NCBI GenBank assembly: GCA_902765005.1
Contig: CACWYB010000004.1
Coordinates: 95,179-159,178 of the forward strand
DNA from: an uncultured Eubacteriales bacterium
Lineage (GTDB): Bacteria > Bacillota > Clostridia > Christensenellales > CAG-138
Direction: 5' to 3'
DNA length: 64,000 nucleotides
In this document: positions 52,279 to 61,121 of the stretch, piece after piece
Numbering within the stretch: the stretch's first letter is position 1
How the letters are laid out: every line of letters begins with the position of its first letter
Position numbers and translations under genes: made by a program
The notes under the pieces: model-generated
Database searches by the model: none
Told to the model about the DNA's origin: nothing
What the model saw: the letters and a program-made list of their open reading frames with translations, nothing else

Positions 52279-52935
52279 ATGGACAACGTATTTCAGTACA
52301 TCTTCCAGCTGCAGAACTATCAGCCCATGCTCACCATTCTCACGGTGCTGGCCGCCTTCCTGGTGGGGCTCTATGTGTTCTTCATCTACCGGATCACCTT
52401 CGCCGGAGTTATCTATTCTCGGACCTTCAACCTGAGCCTGGTCATGCTCTGCATGGTCACGGCCACGGTCATCATGTTCATGGCCAATAACGTGAAGCTG
52501 TCCTTGGGCATGGTGGGCGCTCTGTCCATCGTCCGTTTCCGCACCGCCATCAAGGACCCCATCGACACGGTCTTCATGTTCTGGGCCATCGCCGAGGGCA
52601 TCGCCCTGGGCGCGGGCTACTTCATTGCCGGCATCATCGCCGCCGTGTTCATCGGCCTGTGCATGATCCTCATCTCCGTCATCAAGGGCCGCGCCACTAT
52701 GCCCTATCTGCTGATCCTCCACTATGACGAGGGCGCCAGCAAGCAGATCAAGCAGATGGTGGCGCAGCTGCCCCAGGGCCGGATCAAGTCCAAGACCGTC
52801 CAGCGGGAGGGCATCGAGATGACCGTGGAGCTGCGTATCCGCCAGAGCGAGACCGGCTTCGTGGACAAGTTTATGCGTGTGGAGGGCGTGTACGACGCCA
52901 CCCTCATTGCGCACCAGGGCGACATGATCTCTTAA
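52279..52935 (+). CDS. DUF4956-family membrane protein
   Basis: Strong RBS AAAAGGAG. It has 4-5 TM segments, with the hallmark LGMVGALSIVRFRTAIKDP. Confidence 0.7.
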   Translation: MDNVFQYIFQLQNYQPMLTILTVLAAFLVGLYVFFIYRITFAGVIYSRTFNLSLVMLCMVTATVIMFMANNVKLSLGMVGALSIVRFRTAIKDPIDTVFMFWAIAEGIALGAGYFIAGIIAAVFIGLCMILISVIKGRATMPYLLILHYDEGASKQIKQMVAQLPQGRIKSKTVQREGIEMTVELRIRQSETGFVDKFMRVEGVYDATLIAHQGDMIS

Positions 52936-52956
52936 CAGAGGAAGCATGGAAAGCCC

Positions 52957-53095
52957 GCAGCTTTTCTTGAAAGAAAAGCTGCCTAAAAGAACTTTCAGAA
53001 GGGGATGAGGCTTGCGGACCATCCCAGGCATCCCCTTCTGACTTTTCTTTTTCGGTTCCTTTTTCTTTTCTTCCGAAAAGAAAAAGGAACAAAAA
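52957..53095. repeat. Composite three-hairpin repeat
   Basis: GCAGCTTTTCTTGAAAGAAAAGCTGC, AAAAGAAC, TCAGAAGGGGATG..CATCCCCTTCTGA, CTTTTCTTTTT, then GTTCCTTTTTCTTTTC-ttcc-GAAAAGAAAAAGGAAC. Confidence 0.9.
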
Positions 53096-53124
53096 ATCTA
53101 TCCCTACAGTGAGGTGGTTTTTTC

Positions 53125-54213
53125 GTGGACGCAGATCCCAGTAGCATTCCCATACGGCTGCAGCTGAACGAATCCGTTCCGGAGGCGGCGGGGCGCAGCC
53201 CCGCAGGCCTTATTCTGTTCTTTTTGGCGCTGCTTCTCTTCAGCGCTTTCTTTGCCGGCAGCGAAACGGCCCTGTCTACCGTGAACCGCATCCGCATGAT
53301 GAGCTATGCGGACGACGGGGATCGGCGGGCCCGCCGGGTCATCTATATCCTGGACCACTTCGAGGAAGCCCTGTCGGCCATCCTCATCGGCAACAACATC
53401 ATGCACATCGGCAGCGCGGCTCTGGCCACGCTGACAGCCACCCGCCTGTGGGGCGAAGGAGCCGTGGCGGCCACCACCGTGGTGACGGCCCTTTTGGTGT
53501 TCCTGGCGGCGGAGATGATCCCCAAATCCTTCGCCAAGGCCTGCTCCGAGCGGTTCGCCCTCTTCTGCGCCACGCCTCTGCTGCTGCTCATGAAGGTGCT
53601 CAAGCCCTTCATCCACCTGTTCACCGGCGTGAGCCGGGCCCTCAAGCGCCTGGCCCGCATCCCGGAGGAGGAGGACCCCACGGTCACCGAGGACGAGCTC
53701 CACGACATCATCGACTCCATCATCCCCGATGAGGAAAACGGCGTGGACGAGGACACCGCCGAGCTGGTCCAAAGCGCGCTGGAATTCACCGAGACCCCGG
53801 TCCGGGACGTGTTCACCCCCTGGAAGGAGGTCACCGTCATCCGCCGGGACATGTCCCCCAAGGCGATCGTGGCCCTCATCGAGGGCACCATCCATTCCCG
53901 CCTGCCTGTGGTAGACGGGGAGGGGAACGTGGTGGGCATGCTCCAGATCCGAAAATACCTGAAATCCTACATCCAGCGCCAGGGCCATGTGTCTTTGAGC
54001 CGGGTTATGGATAAGCCCACCTTCGTCTCCGCAGGCGCCCCCATCGACGAGCTGCTGGACACCCTGTCGAGCCAGCGGGTCCACATCGCCATCGTCCGGG
54101 ACGCGGACGAAAAGCCCCTGGGCATCATCACCGTGGAGGACATTTTGGAGGAACTGGTGGGCGAGATCTACGACGAGGACGACAGCACACCCCCGGGAGG
54201 TGGCGAGCTATGA
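53125..54213 (+). CDS. CNNM/DUF21 plus CBS-pair membrane protein (no CorC_HlyC domain)
   Basis: GTG 53125 lies 7 nt after GAGGTGG. It has FFAGSETALS..., LIGNN, and a CBS pair. Confidence 0.75.
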   Translation: MDADPSSIPIRLQLNESVPEAAGRSPAGLILFFLALLLFSAFFAGSETALSTVNRIRMMSYADDGDRRARRVIYILDHFEEALSAILIGNNIMHIGSAALATLTATRLWGEGAVAATTVVTALLVFLAAEMIPKSFAKACSERFALFCATPLLLLMKVLKPFIHLFTGVSRALKRLARIPEEEDPTVTEDELHDIIDSIIPDEENGVDEDTAELVQSALEFTETPVRDVFTPWKEVTVIRRDMSPKAIVALIEGTIHSRLPVVDGEGNVVGMLQIRKYLKSYIQRQGHVSLSRVMDKPTFVSAGAPIDELLDTLSSQRVHIAIVRDADEKPLGIITVEDILEELVGEIYDEDDSTPPGGGEL

Positions 54214-55496
54214 TCGTGAACTTCCTGCTCATCCTGGGCTGCATCCTTCTATCCGCCTTCTTCTCCGGTTCCGAGATCGCCTATTCCGCCGCCCAGGAGC
54301 TGCGGCTGGAGCACGCGGCAGAGGAGCGGGGCGGGGCCTACGCCCTGGCCCTGAAGGTGAAGAAAAGCTTTGAAAAGGCCCTCATCTCCATTCTGGTGGG
54401 CAACAACCTGGTGAACATCGGCGCCTCCGCCCTGGCCACGGTCATCGCCGTGGGCCTTATGGGGGATAAGGGCGCCTGGGTGGCCACGGCCGTCATGACC
54501 GTGCTTATCATCACCTTCGGGGAGATCTCCCCCAAGATCATGGCCAGCGCCCAGCCCGAGCGATTCAGTGCGGTGGCGGCGGTGCCTCTTCGGCTCTGGA
54601 TGGGCCTCACATGGCCCCTGACCTGGCTGCTGGAGAAGCTGTTGCACCTCATCTCCCGTCTCTGGGAGCGGGGGCAGAACAGCGGCCCGGCCGTGACGGA
54701 GGACGATCTGGAGACCATCATCGAAACCGTGGAGGACGAGGGCGTGGTGGACGAGGACACGGCGGACCTGCTGCAAAGCGCCCTGGACTTCGGCGACGTG
54801 CTGGCCTACGAGGTCATCACCCCCCGGGTGGACCTGGTGGCCATAGACCTGGACGACACCCGGGAGCAGATGCTGAAGGTGGCCTTCGCCTCCCCCTACA
54901 CCCGCATCCCGGTCTATCAGGAGACCATGGACAACATCGTGGGCATCCTGCACCTCAACCACCTCTACAAGGCCCTGGTCCAGGACCCGGACGCGGACAT
55001 CGAAGGGCTGCTCCTGCCGCCCATCTTCGTCCACAAGACCATGCCGCTCGATGACGTGTTCAACACCATGCGCAAGAAGAAGGGCCATATGGTCATCGTG
55101 ACCGACGAGTACGGCGGCACTATGGGCGTCCTCACTATGGAGGACGTGCTGGAGCAGCTGGTGGGGGACATCTGGGACGAGTCCGACGAGATCGAGGAGG
55201 AGTTTGTGGAGGTGAAGCCCCACACCTTCGAGGTGGACGGGGACATGCGCCTGGAGGATTTCTTCGCCGAGTTCGATAAGGACGAGGAGGAGATGGACGA
55301 CGACAACGCCACCGTGGGCGGCTGGGCTGTGGAGATGCTGGGGGGCTACCCCAAGCTGCGGGAGAGCTTCACTTTCGAGGATCTGACCGTCACCATCCTC
55401 AAGCGAAACAACCTGCGGGTCCTGCGCCTGCTGGTGGAGCAGGACCCCAATTGGGTGGATGAGGACGAGGTGGAGGACGATTTGATCGACCAGTGA
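54210..55496 (+). CDS. CNNM/HlyC-CorC family transporter (DUF21 + CBS pair + CorC_HlyC)
   Basis: ATGA overlap. It has FFSGSEIAYS, LVGNN, a CBS pair, and a C-terminal transporter-associated domain. Confidence 0.8.
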   Translation: MIVNFLLILGCILLSAFFSGSEIAYSAAQELRLEHAAEERGGAYALALKVKKSFEKALISILVGNNLVNIGASALATVIAVGLMGDKGAWVATAVMTVLIITFGEISPKIMASAQPERFSAVAAVPLRLWMGLTWPLTWLLEKLLHLISRLWERGQNSGPAVTEDDLETIIETVEDEGVVDEDTADLLQSALDFGDVLAYEVITPRVDLVAIDLDDTREQMLKVAFASPYTRIPVYQETMDNIVGILHLNHLYKALVQDPDADIEGLLLPPIFVHKTMPLDDVFNTMRKKKGHMVIVTDEYGGTMGVLTMEDVLEQLVGDIWDESDEIEEEFVEVKPHTFEVDGDMRLEDFFAEFDKDEEEMDDDNATVGGWAVEMLGGYPKLRESFTFEDLTVTILKRNNLRVLRLLVEQDPNWVDEDEVEDDLIDQ

Positions 55497-55533
55497 CCCT
55501 GAGCAAGGGCACGGCTGTTTTCGGGAGGCAACA

Positions 55534-56337
55534 ATGGGTTGGATATGGATACCGGCGGCGCTGGGTGCCCTGTGGCTGTTTCTCATCGCCCCGGGCCGGG
55601 CAGGTAAAGCCGCCCGGGCGCCCTTTGAGGGCCGGGCCTATGCTCACAGGGGGCTCTATGAGCTGGATCAGTCCGTGCCGGAAAACTCCCTGCCTGCTTT
55701 CCGTCGGGCGGTGGAGCATGGCTATGGGGCGGAGCTGGATGTGCAGCTGACCAAGGATCAGCAGATCGTGGTTTTTCATGACGACAGCATGCTCCGGGCC
55801 TGCGGGGTGGAGAAAGCCATCCGCGATTTCACCTATGCCGAGCTGCAGCAGATCCCCCTTTTCAAAACGGAGCAGCGCATCCCCCTCTTTTCGGAGGTGC
55901 TGCAGATTTTCGATGGCCGGCAGCCCCTGATCGTGGAGCTCAAATACGGTCCGGACGCCCCGGCGCTTTGCGAGGCCACCCGAGCCATGCTGGCAGGCTA
56001 TGCCGGTCCGGCCTGTGTGGAGAGCTTTCACCCGGCCATGGTCCGCTGGTTCAAAAAGCATGATCCCCAACGCCTCCGGGGTCAGCTCTCCGAGGCCGCT
56101 TGCTTCTCAAAAAAGACCCTGCCCCTGCCCCTGGCGTTCATGATGAGCCGGCTGCTCACCAACTGCCTGACCCGGCCCCAGTTCATCGCCTATCGGGTGG
56201 GGCCCAAGCCTCTCAGCGTCAGGATAGCGGAGGGCATGGGCGCCATGAAGGTCCTCTGGACCGCCCGGGAGCCGGAGCGGCACGCCGCCCGCATGGGCCA
56301 AAACCACGCCGTCATCTTCGAGGGCTATCGCCCATAA
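55534..56337 (+). CDS. Glycerophosphodiester phosphodiesterase family protein, N-terminal TM
   Basis: RBS GGGAGG. It has AHRG...ENSLPAFRRAVEHGYGAELDVQLTKD..VVFHD. Confidence 0.8.
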   Translation: MGWIWIPAALGALWLFLIAPGRAGKAARAPFEGRAYAHRGLYELDQSVPENSLPAFRRAVEHGYGAELDVQLTKDQQIVVFHDDSMLRACGVEKAIRDFTYAELQQIPLFKTEQRIPLFSEVLQIFDGRQPLIVELKYGPDAPALCEATRAMLAGYAGPACVESFHPAMVRWFKKHDPQRLRGQLSEAACFSKKTLPLPLAFMMSRLLTNCLTRPQFIAYRVGPKPLSVRIAEGMGAMKVLWTAREPERHAARMGQNHAVIFEGYRP

Positions 56338-56359
56338 GGGTGTTTCCTGCATTTTTCTG

Positions 56360-56388
56360 TTGCCAGCGCCCCCTGGATTCGGTATACT
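56360..56388 (+). promoter_or_regulatory. Promoter upstream of the MotA/ExbB-like operon
   Basis: TTGCCA, 17-nt spacer, TATACT. Confidence 0.5.
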
Positions 56389-56409
56389 GCTCTACAGGAG
56401 GGAAAAGAC

Positions 56410-56919
56410 ATGTCCGTGTTTCAGGTGATCCTAAAGAACCTGCTGGGGTTCGACCTCATCATCTTTGTGGCCGCGGCTTTGAACGGGGTCTGCTACTATC
56501 TGGCCCGCAGAAACGCCAACGCCCTCTATCGCAAACTCCATATGATCGTCTTCGTTCCCTCCCGGCGCAGCGACCCGGAAAGCGTGTCCCGGGCCATTCG
56601 GGACATCGATGAGGAGCAGGTGGTGGCCATGCGCAAGCGGTCCGAAAGCCTGTATTCCGTCTTTGTCAATGTCACCGCCATCTTCCCCCTGCTGGGCATT
56701 TTAGGCACGGTGGTGTCCCTTTTGCCCATGGTCTCCGAGCTGGCCGACATGCAAACCAACTTCTTCGCCGCCCTCACCTCCACCTTTTGGGGGCTGGTGT
56801 TCGCCATCCTCTTTAAGCTCCTGGATGGCTTCCTCTCCTCCCGCATGGAGGACAACGACAAGGCCGTGAACCTGCTTTTGGAGCGCCGGGAGCTCCTGGC
56901 GGAAGGGCAGCAAGGGTGA
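56410..56919 (+). CDS. MotA/TolQ/ExbB-family proton-channel protein (169 aa, 3 TM)
   Basis: TM1, a cytoplasmic loop, then the TM2/TM3 block AIFPLLGILGTVVSLL...AALTSTFWGLVFAILFKLL typical of ExbB/TolQ. Confidence 0.75.
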   Translation: MSVFQVILKNLLGFDLIIFVAAALNGVCYYLARRNANALYRKLHMIVFVPSRRSDPESVSRAIRDIDEEQVVAMRKRSESLYSVFVNVTAIFPLLGILGTVVSLLPMVSELADMQTNFFAALTSTFWGLVFAILFKLLDGFLSSRMEDNDKAVNLLLERRELLAEGQQG

Positions 56920-57497
56920 AGCGGCGGGAGATCTTCATAGAGCTCACGTCCCTGCTGGACGTGATCCTCATCATGCTGTTCATTCTGCTCACCCAGGCCA
57001 AAGCCAGCACCGCCCAGGCCCTGGACACAGCCGCCCTGGCCGAGAGCAGTGCGGAGCAGCTGCAGACGGAGCTGTCCGCCGCCTATAGCGAGCAGGATGC
57101 GCTGCGGGAACAGATCAGCGTCCAGGCGGAGCGGGCGGACGCCCTGCAGCGGCAGCTGTGGACGCAGAACCTTGTTTTGGACAATTCCCTGCTGCTCACC
57201 GTCAGCGTGGACAGCACCGGCAGCATTCGCCTGGAAACGGAGGGAGAGGGGTACACCGTCATCGCCTACGATTGGCAAGACGACACCTACGCCCAGAACC
57301 GGCTCCGGGCCTTGGCCCTGGAGAAGCTGAACAATACGGAGCGGGAGGCGGTGTTCCTGGTTTTTCAGTTCGACCGAGCCAGCATCTACCATGCGGAGTA
57401 CGACATGATCGAAACCATCATTCAGGAAGTGAAACAGCAGGCCCGGGAGCGGGATATCCCTCTCTCGGTCCTGGAGCTGGATATATTCGAAGCATAG
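56916..57497 (+). CDS. ExbD/TolR-like TM-helix protein with coiled coil (Asp-containing TM)
   Basis: GTGA overlap with the upstream gene. IELTSLLDVILIMLFILL mirrors the ExbD/TolR TM with its conserved Asp. An Ala/Gln/Leu-rich coiled coil and an alpha/beta domain follow. Confidence 0.55.
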   Translation: MKRREIFIELTSLLDVILIMLFILLTQAKASTAQALDTAALAESSAEQLQTELSAAYSEQDALREQISVQAERADALQRQLWTQNLVLDNSLLLTVSVDSTGSIRLETEGEGYTVIAYDWQDDTYAQNRLRALALEKLNNTEREAVFLVFQFDRASIYHAEYDMIETIIQEVKQQARERDIPLSVLELDIFEA

Positions 57498-57518
57498 ACC
57501 CATAAGGAGGAGCAGGAT

Positions 57519-57980
57519 ATGGAAAACAATACGCGGAGCCCCAAAAGAAATCGCCATACCGGAGGCAAGGTTGCCGGCGGCGCCGTGCTGCTGGCGCTGC
57601 TGCTGGCCGGCGGTCACTTCGGCCTGGGCATCGGCCGGGAGGGCGGCGGTCTGCTGACGGGGGAGGCTCTTCAGGCGGTGACCGAAACCGCTCAGGAAAC
57701 CGTTGCCGAAACGGCGGAAAAGGTTCAGGAGAAGGTGGAGGAGGTCGTCACGCCCCAGGAACAGGATGATGGGGTGCTGACCATCACCGTGAAGGAGGAC
57801 AAGCTCCTTTACGAGGGCAAGGACGTGTCCCTTTCCCAGCTGGAGCAAAATCTTTTGAAGGAGTATAAGATCGACTCCACCACCGTAGAGCTGGTGGACG
57901 ACCACGCCATCAAGGCCGCCTACGACGAGGTGACGGCCCTGCTGCAGAAGCTGAACATCCCGTTTCGTGAGGGGAAATAG
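57519..57980 (+). CDS. Bitopic protein with ExbD-like C-terminal domain
   Basis: RBS AAGGAGGAG. It has a basic N-terminus, a TM (GGAVLLALLLAGGHFGL) and an acidic linker. VLTITVKEDKLLYEGKDVSLSQLEQNL...VELVDDHAIKAAYDEVTALLQKLNI resembles the ExbD periplasmic domain pattern. Confidence 0.5.
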   Translation: MENNTRSPKRNRHTGGKVAGGAVLLALLLAGGHFGLGIGREGGGLLTGEALQAVTETAQETVAETAEKVQEKVEEVVTPQEQDDGVLTITVKEDKLLYEGKDVSLSQLEQNLLKEYKIDSTTVELVDDHAIKAAYDEVTALLQKLNIPFREGK

Positions 57981-57997
57981 AGCAGTAGGCTGATTAT

Positions 57998-58133
57998 GCG
58001 ACTTTTTCTCTTTATACAAAGGAGAAAAAGTCGCCCAAAAAGAGAAACTTAAGAAGAGGTACAGCTTTCGCACAGAAAGAAACACCTCTTCTTAACGTTC
58101 TTTTGAGCCCCTTTTCTTTCAAGAAAAGGGGCT
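57998..58133. repeat. Composite repeat in inverted orientation
   Basis: GCGACTTTTTCTCTTTAtacAAAGGAGAAAAAGTCGC, CCAAAAAGAGAAAC, TTAAGAAGAGGT..ACCTCTTCTTAA, then AGCCCCTTTTCTTTCAAGAAAAGGGGCT (the reverse complement of the CTTGAAAG hairpin type). Confidence 0.9.
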
Positions 58134-58150
58134 TGGCTTTTGATCTGTTC

Positions 58151-58672
58151 CTATAAAAGATGAATCCAATACCGTTCCAAGTCCCTATCCAGCTCCGGCT
58201 CGTGGACGATGGACTCAAAAACGCCGCCATTGTGAAGGATGGTCCGGCGGCTGCCCTCGTTGCCTTGGATGCAGCAGATGAGCACATCGCGGATGCCCAG
58301 CTCCCGGCAGCGGGGCAGGGCGGCCTTCAGCATGGCGGTGGCGTAGCCCTTTTTGCGCTCGTCGGGGCGGACGCTGTAGCCGATGTGTCCCGCGTATTTT
58401 TCCAGATACGCGTTGAAATAATGCCGGATCTGCAGCATGCCCACCACCTTTTGGTCCGCCTCCCGCACATAGATATACTGGGTGGCCGGGACCATGCCCT
58501 CCGGTACATTCTTCGGGTCCTTGCCGGCCAGGGACTTCTCGATCCACGCCTCTGGGCTCTCGCACCGCCTGAGACCCCCGGTGCCGTCCATGGACCCGCC
58601 CTCATCCAAAAAAGCCTGTCGGTAGGCCCAAATCTCTTGGGCGTATGTTAAACAAGGTTCCATCAGCAGCAT
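58151..58672 (-). CDS. GNAT family acetyltransferase
   Basis: Start chosen at ATG 58672, 9 nt after AAGGAGGA, which lies within the upstream gene's 3' end. It has IRHYFN..GHIGYSVRPDERKKGYATAML. Confidence 0.7.
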   Translation of the reverse strand: MLLMEPCLTYAQEIWAYRQAFLDEGGSMDGTGGLRRCESPEAWIEKSLAGKDPKNVPEGMVPATQYIYVREADQKVVGMLQIRHYFNAYLEKYAGHIGYSVRPDERKKGYATAMLKAALPRCRELGIRDVLICCIQGNEGSRRTILHNGGVFESIVHEPELDRDLERYWIHLL

Positions 58673-58673
58673 G

Positions 58674-59510
58674 TCAAGCATCCTCCTTTGCCAAACGGTA
58701 AATCAGGTCAGGGATGGCCCGGCCCCGGGCGTTGCGATAGGCCATGTTCGGCTCCTCCCTCCCTAACAGAGGCGCCCCGGTGGCGGAATTGTCCGACACC
58801 GCCAGCAGCGCCACGGCAGGGACTTCAAACAGGTCCGCCAGCTGGTAGAAAAGGGCCGTTTCCATCTCGATGAGCTCCGCTCCCGCGGCTTTGATCTCAT
58901 GGAGATGGGAATACTCCAGGGCGATGGAATCGGTGCAGAACACCTTCGCCCGATGGATAGGGTACCCCAGTCGTTGCCCTACCTCAATCACCCGGTCCAC
59001 ATAGCCGATATCCGGGGGATAGACGGGGGAGAAGGGGGAAAAGGGGGCCAGCGTTTCCTGGAAATAGGCGCCGGCATAGCTGCCCTGGAGGCAGACATCC
59101 GGGGTGCAGACGCTGCCAACGGGAAGGGCGGGGACGAGGCTCCCCACGGCTCCGGCAAAGAACAGCTTTTTGAACCGCAGCTCCGCGCAGATCAGTATGT
59201 GGTCCAGCACGTTACAGGCCCCGGAGGCGGTTTGGGCCCAGGCGATCTTCACGCCCTCCTTCTCCACCAGGAACCCGGAGAAATAGGCGTGCTGGGCAAG
59301 CTGGGCCACATTGAAGGACGGGTCCAGAATGGTCTTGTCGGGCTTCCAGCCGGGGGCCACCACCAGGGCGTCATATAAGGCGTCCGGCTCAAAGCCGAAG
59401 CACTCTCGGCTCATGACGCCGGCGTTGTACCTCTTCATGTTCTCAAGGGCCTCCCGCAGACGCGCCTTCACAAAAAATCCCTCCGTTTCAGGTTTTTTCG
59501 AGTATAGCAT
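58674..59510 (-). CDS. Nucleoside phosphorylase superfamily (PNP_UDP_1-like) protein
   Basis: FFAGAVGSL and AELIEMETALFYQLA (EMEsaa-type motif). Confidence 0.6.
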   Translation of the reverse strand: MLYSKKPETEGFFVKARLREALENMKRYNAGVMSRECFGFEPDALYDALVVAPGWKPDKTILDPSFNVAQLAQHAYFSGFLVEKEGVKIAWAQTASGACNVLDHILICAELRFKKLFFAGAVGSLVPALPVGSVCTPDVCLQGSYAGAYFQETLAPFSPFSPVYPPDIGYVDRVIEVGQRLGYPIHRAKVFCTDSIALEYSHLHEIKAAGAELIEMETALFYQLADLFEVPAVALLAVSDNSATGAPLLGREEPNMAYRNARGRAIPDLIYRLAKEDA

Positions 59511-59569
59511 CTGGCATCCCTTCTGTCAACCAAAGGAAAAAGCAAGGCCGCAGCCTCGCTCAAAAGGGA

Positions 59570-60919
59570 TCACGGTCGGGACAGACCCTTCTTCCGCCGG
59601 TTCTGCAAATACCAGTAGAACAGGAAGCACACGGCGATCTCCGCCACCGTGGAGCAGGGGACGGCCAAACCGATGTGAAACAGCTCTCCCGTGGCCCGGG
59701 CCATGTACCAGGCCACCGGCACCCGGATCAAAAAGGCGGCCAGGATCCCCTGGATCATGACAAAGCCCGTGTGGCCGAGACCGTTGAAAAAGCCGATGAA
59801 GCAGAACAGGAAGCAGGTGAACAGGCAGTCGATGGCGTAGGCCTTCAGATACTCGAACCCCGCCGCCACCACGCCGGCGTCCTTGGAGAAGATGGCGCAC
59901 AGCAGGTCTCCGTGGAAGAAAGCCAGATAGAACATGGCCGCGCCGAAAAGGGTGGACAGCCCGATGGCGATCTTCAGCCCCCGCACGGCCCGCTCGTCCT
60001 TGCCCGCCCCGTGGTTCTGGGCCACATAGGCGCTCATGGCCTGCATGAAAGCGGCGGGCAGCAGCATGATGAAGGCGCACACCTTCTCCGCCACCCCCAC
60101 CCCGGCGGAGGCCATGAGCCCCAGCTTGTTTACGATGGCCAGGATGATGAGGAACGACAGCCCCACCAGCAGGTCCTGCAGGGCGATGGGCGTGCCGTAG
60201 GCGGCGATGCGGCGGAGCACCGGCCCGTGGAGGCGCACATCCTTTCCCGTGAAGGAGAAGGGGAGACCGCTGCGTTTGAGCAGGAGCAGGGAGACGATCA
60301 CGCTGACGGTCTGGGAAAACACCGTGGCCAGGGCCGCCCCGGCCGCGCCGAGACCGAAGCCTTTCACCAGGATCAGGTCCCCCACGATGTTGCACACGCT
60401 GGCGATGGCCACGGTCACAAGGGGCGTGTTGGAATCCCCCATGCCCCGCATGACGCTGCCCAGCACGTTGTAGGCCACGATCATGATATACCCGGCCCCG
60501 CAGACGGAAAGATACCGACGGGTCTGGTCAAAGGCCTCCCGGGGGGCGTTCATGGCGGTGGCCAGGGCCCCGGAGAAAAGGGGCACCAAAATGGTCAGAA
60601 GCGCGCCCGCCCCCAGAAAGAGCAGGATGCTGGTGCCCACGATGCGCCCCAGGGCCTCCCGGTCCCCTTCGCCCAGCTTCTGCCCCAGCAGAATGGTGGT
60701 GCCCATGGAGAAGGAGCTGACCAGGCCCGTGATGGTCATCATGAGCTGGGAGCCCACGGCCACCCCGGACACATCCGCCGCCTGGGCGTACTTGCCCACG
60801 ATCACCAGATCCACCGCCCCATACAGGGCCTGCAGGAACAATGCCAGCAGAATGGGCAGGCAGAATTTGAGCAGGGGTCCGGCAATGGGGCCTTTGGTGA
60901 AATCCGTTTCGTGATGCAT
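59570..60919 (-). CDS. MATE family efflux transporter
   Basis: 449 aa with 12 TM segments. The N-terminus FTKGPIAGPLLKFCLPILLALFLQALYGAVDLVIVG is typical of MATE. Confidence 0.88.
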   Translation of the reverse strand: MHHETDFTKGPIAGPLLKFCLPILLALFLQALYGAVDLVIVGKYAQAADVSGVAVGSQLMMTITGLVSSFSMGTTILLGQKLGEGDREALGRIVGTSILLFLGAGALLTILVPLFSGALATAMNAPREAFDQTRRYLSVCGAGYIMIVAYNVLGSVMRGMGDSNTPLVTVAIASVCNIVGDLILVKGFGLGAAGAALATVFSQTVSVIVSLLLLKRSGLPFSFTGKDVRLHGPVLRRIAAYGTPIALQDLLVGLSFLIILAIVNKLGLMASAGVGVAEKVCAFIMLLPAAFMQAMSAYVAQNHGAGKDERAVRGLKIAIGLSTLFGAAMFYLAFFHGDLLCAIFSKDAGVVAAGFEYLKAYAIDCLFTCFLFCFIGFFNGLGHTGFVMIQGILAAFLIRVPVAWYMARATGELFHIGLAVPCSTVAEIAVCFLFYWYLQNRRKKGLSRP

Positions 60920-61106
60920 ATAGCCTCCTAAACAAAAGACCGGATAAGAGAACGAGCGTTTCAGCCCGTAGTCTTATCCGGCGCGTCATTTCCATTGAAT
61001 GAGTTGCCCTCCGACAAACACACGCATCATACCCGAAAGAGGCCCCCTTTGTCAAGGCTTTCGGAACGGTAACCGCATTTTTCCTGTAGTAAAGGGAGGC
61101 GGTCTG

Positions 61107-61115
61107 TGGTATAGT
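61107..61115 (+). promoter_or_regulatory. Extended -10 (TGgTATAGT) placed 6 nt before the ATG, possibly giving a leaderless mRNA
   Basis: The -10 hexamer ends at 61115 and the ATG is at 61122. The only good SD-like sequence (AGGGAGG, 61093-61099) is 22 nt upstream, which is too far. Confidence 0.35.
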
Positions 61116-61121
61116 GATATC

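Noticed and set aside
49615-53031. Very long antisense ORFs. This one is 1138 aa; others are 12033-14366 (777 aa), 33356-35755 (799 aa), 6972-8936 (654 aa), 35487-37403 (638 aa), 10152-11987 (611 aa), 28133-29953 (606 aa) and 37216-38973 (585 aa).
   Set aside because: Each lies opposite a gene with clear family motifs. Their translations are Gly/Arg/His/Pro/Ala-rich low-complexity strings with no recognisable domains. Long stop-free antisense frames are expected in GC-rich DNA.
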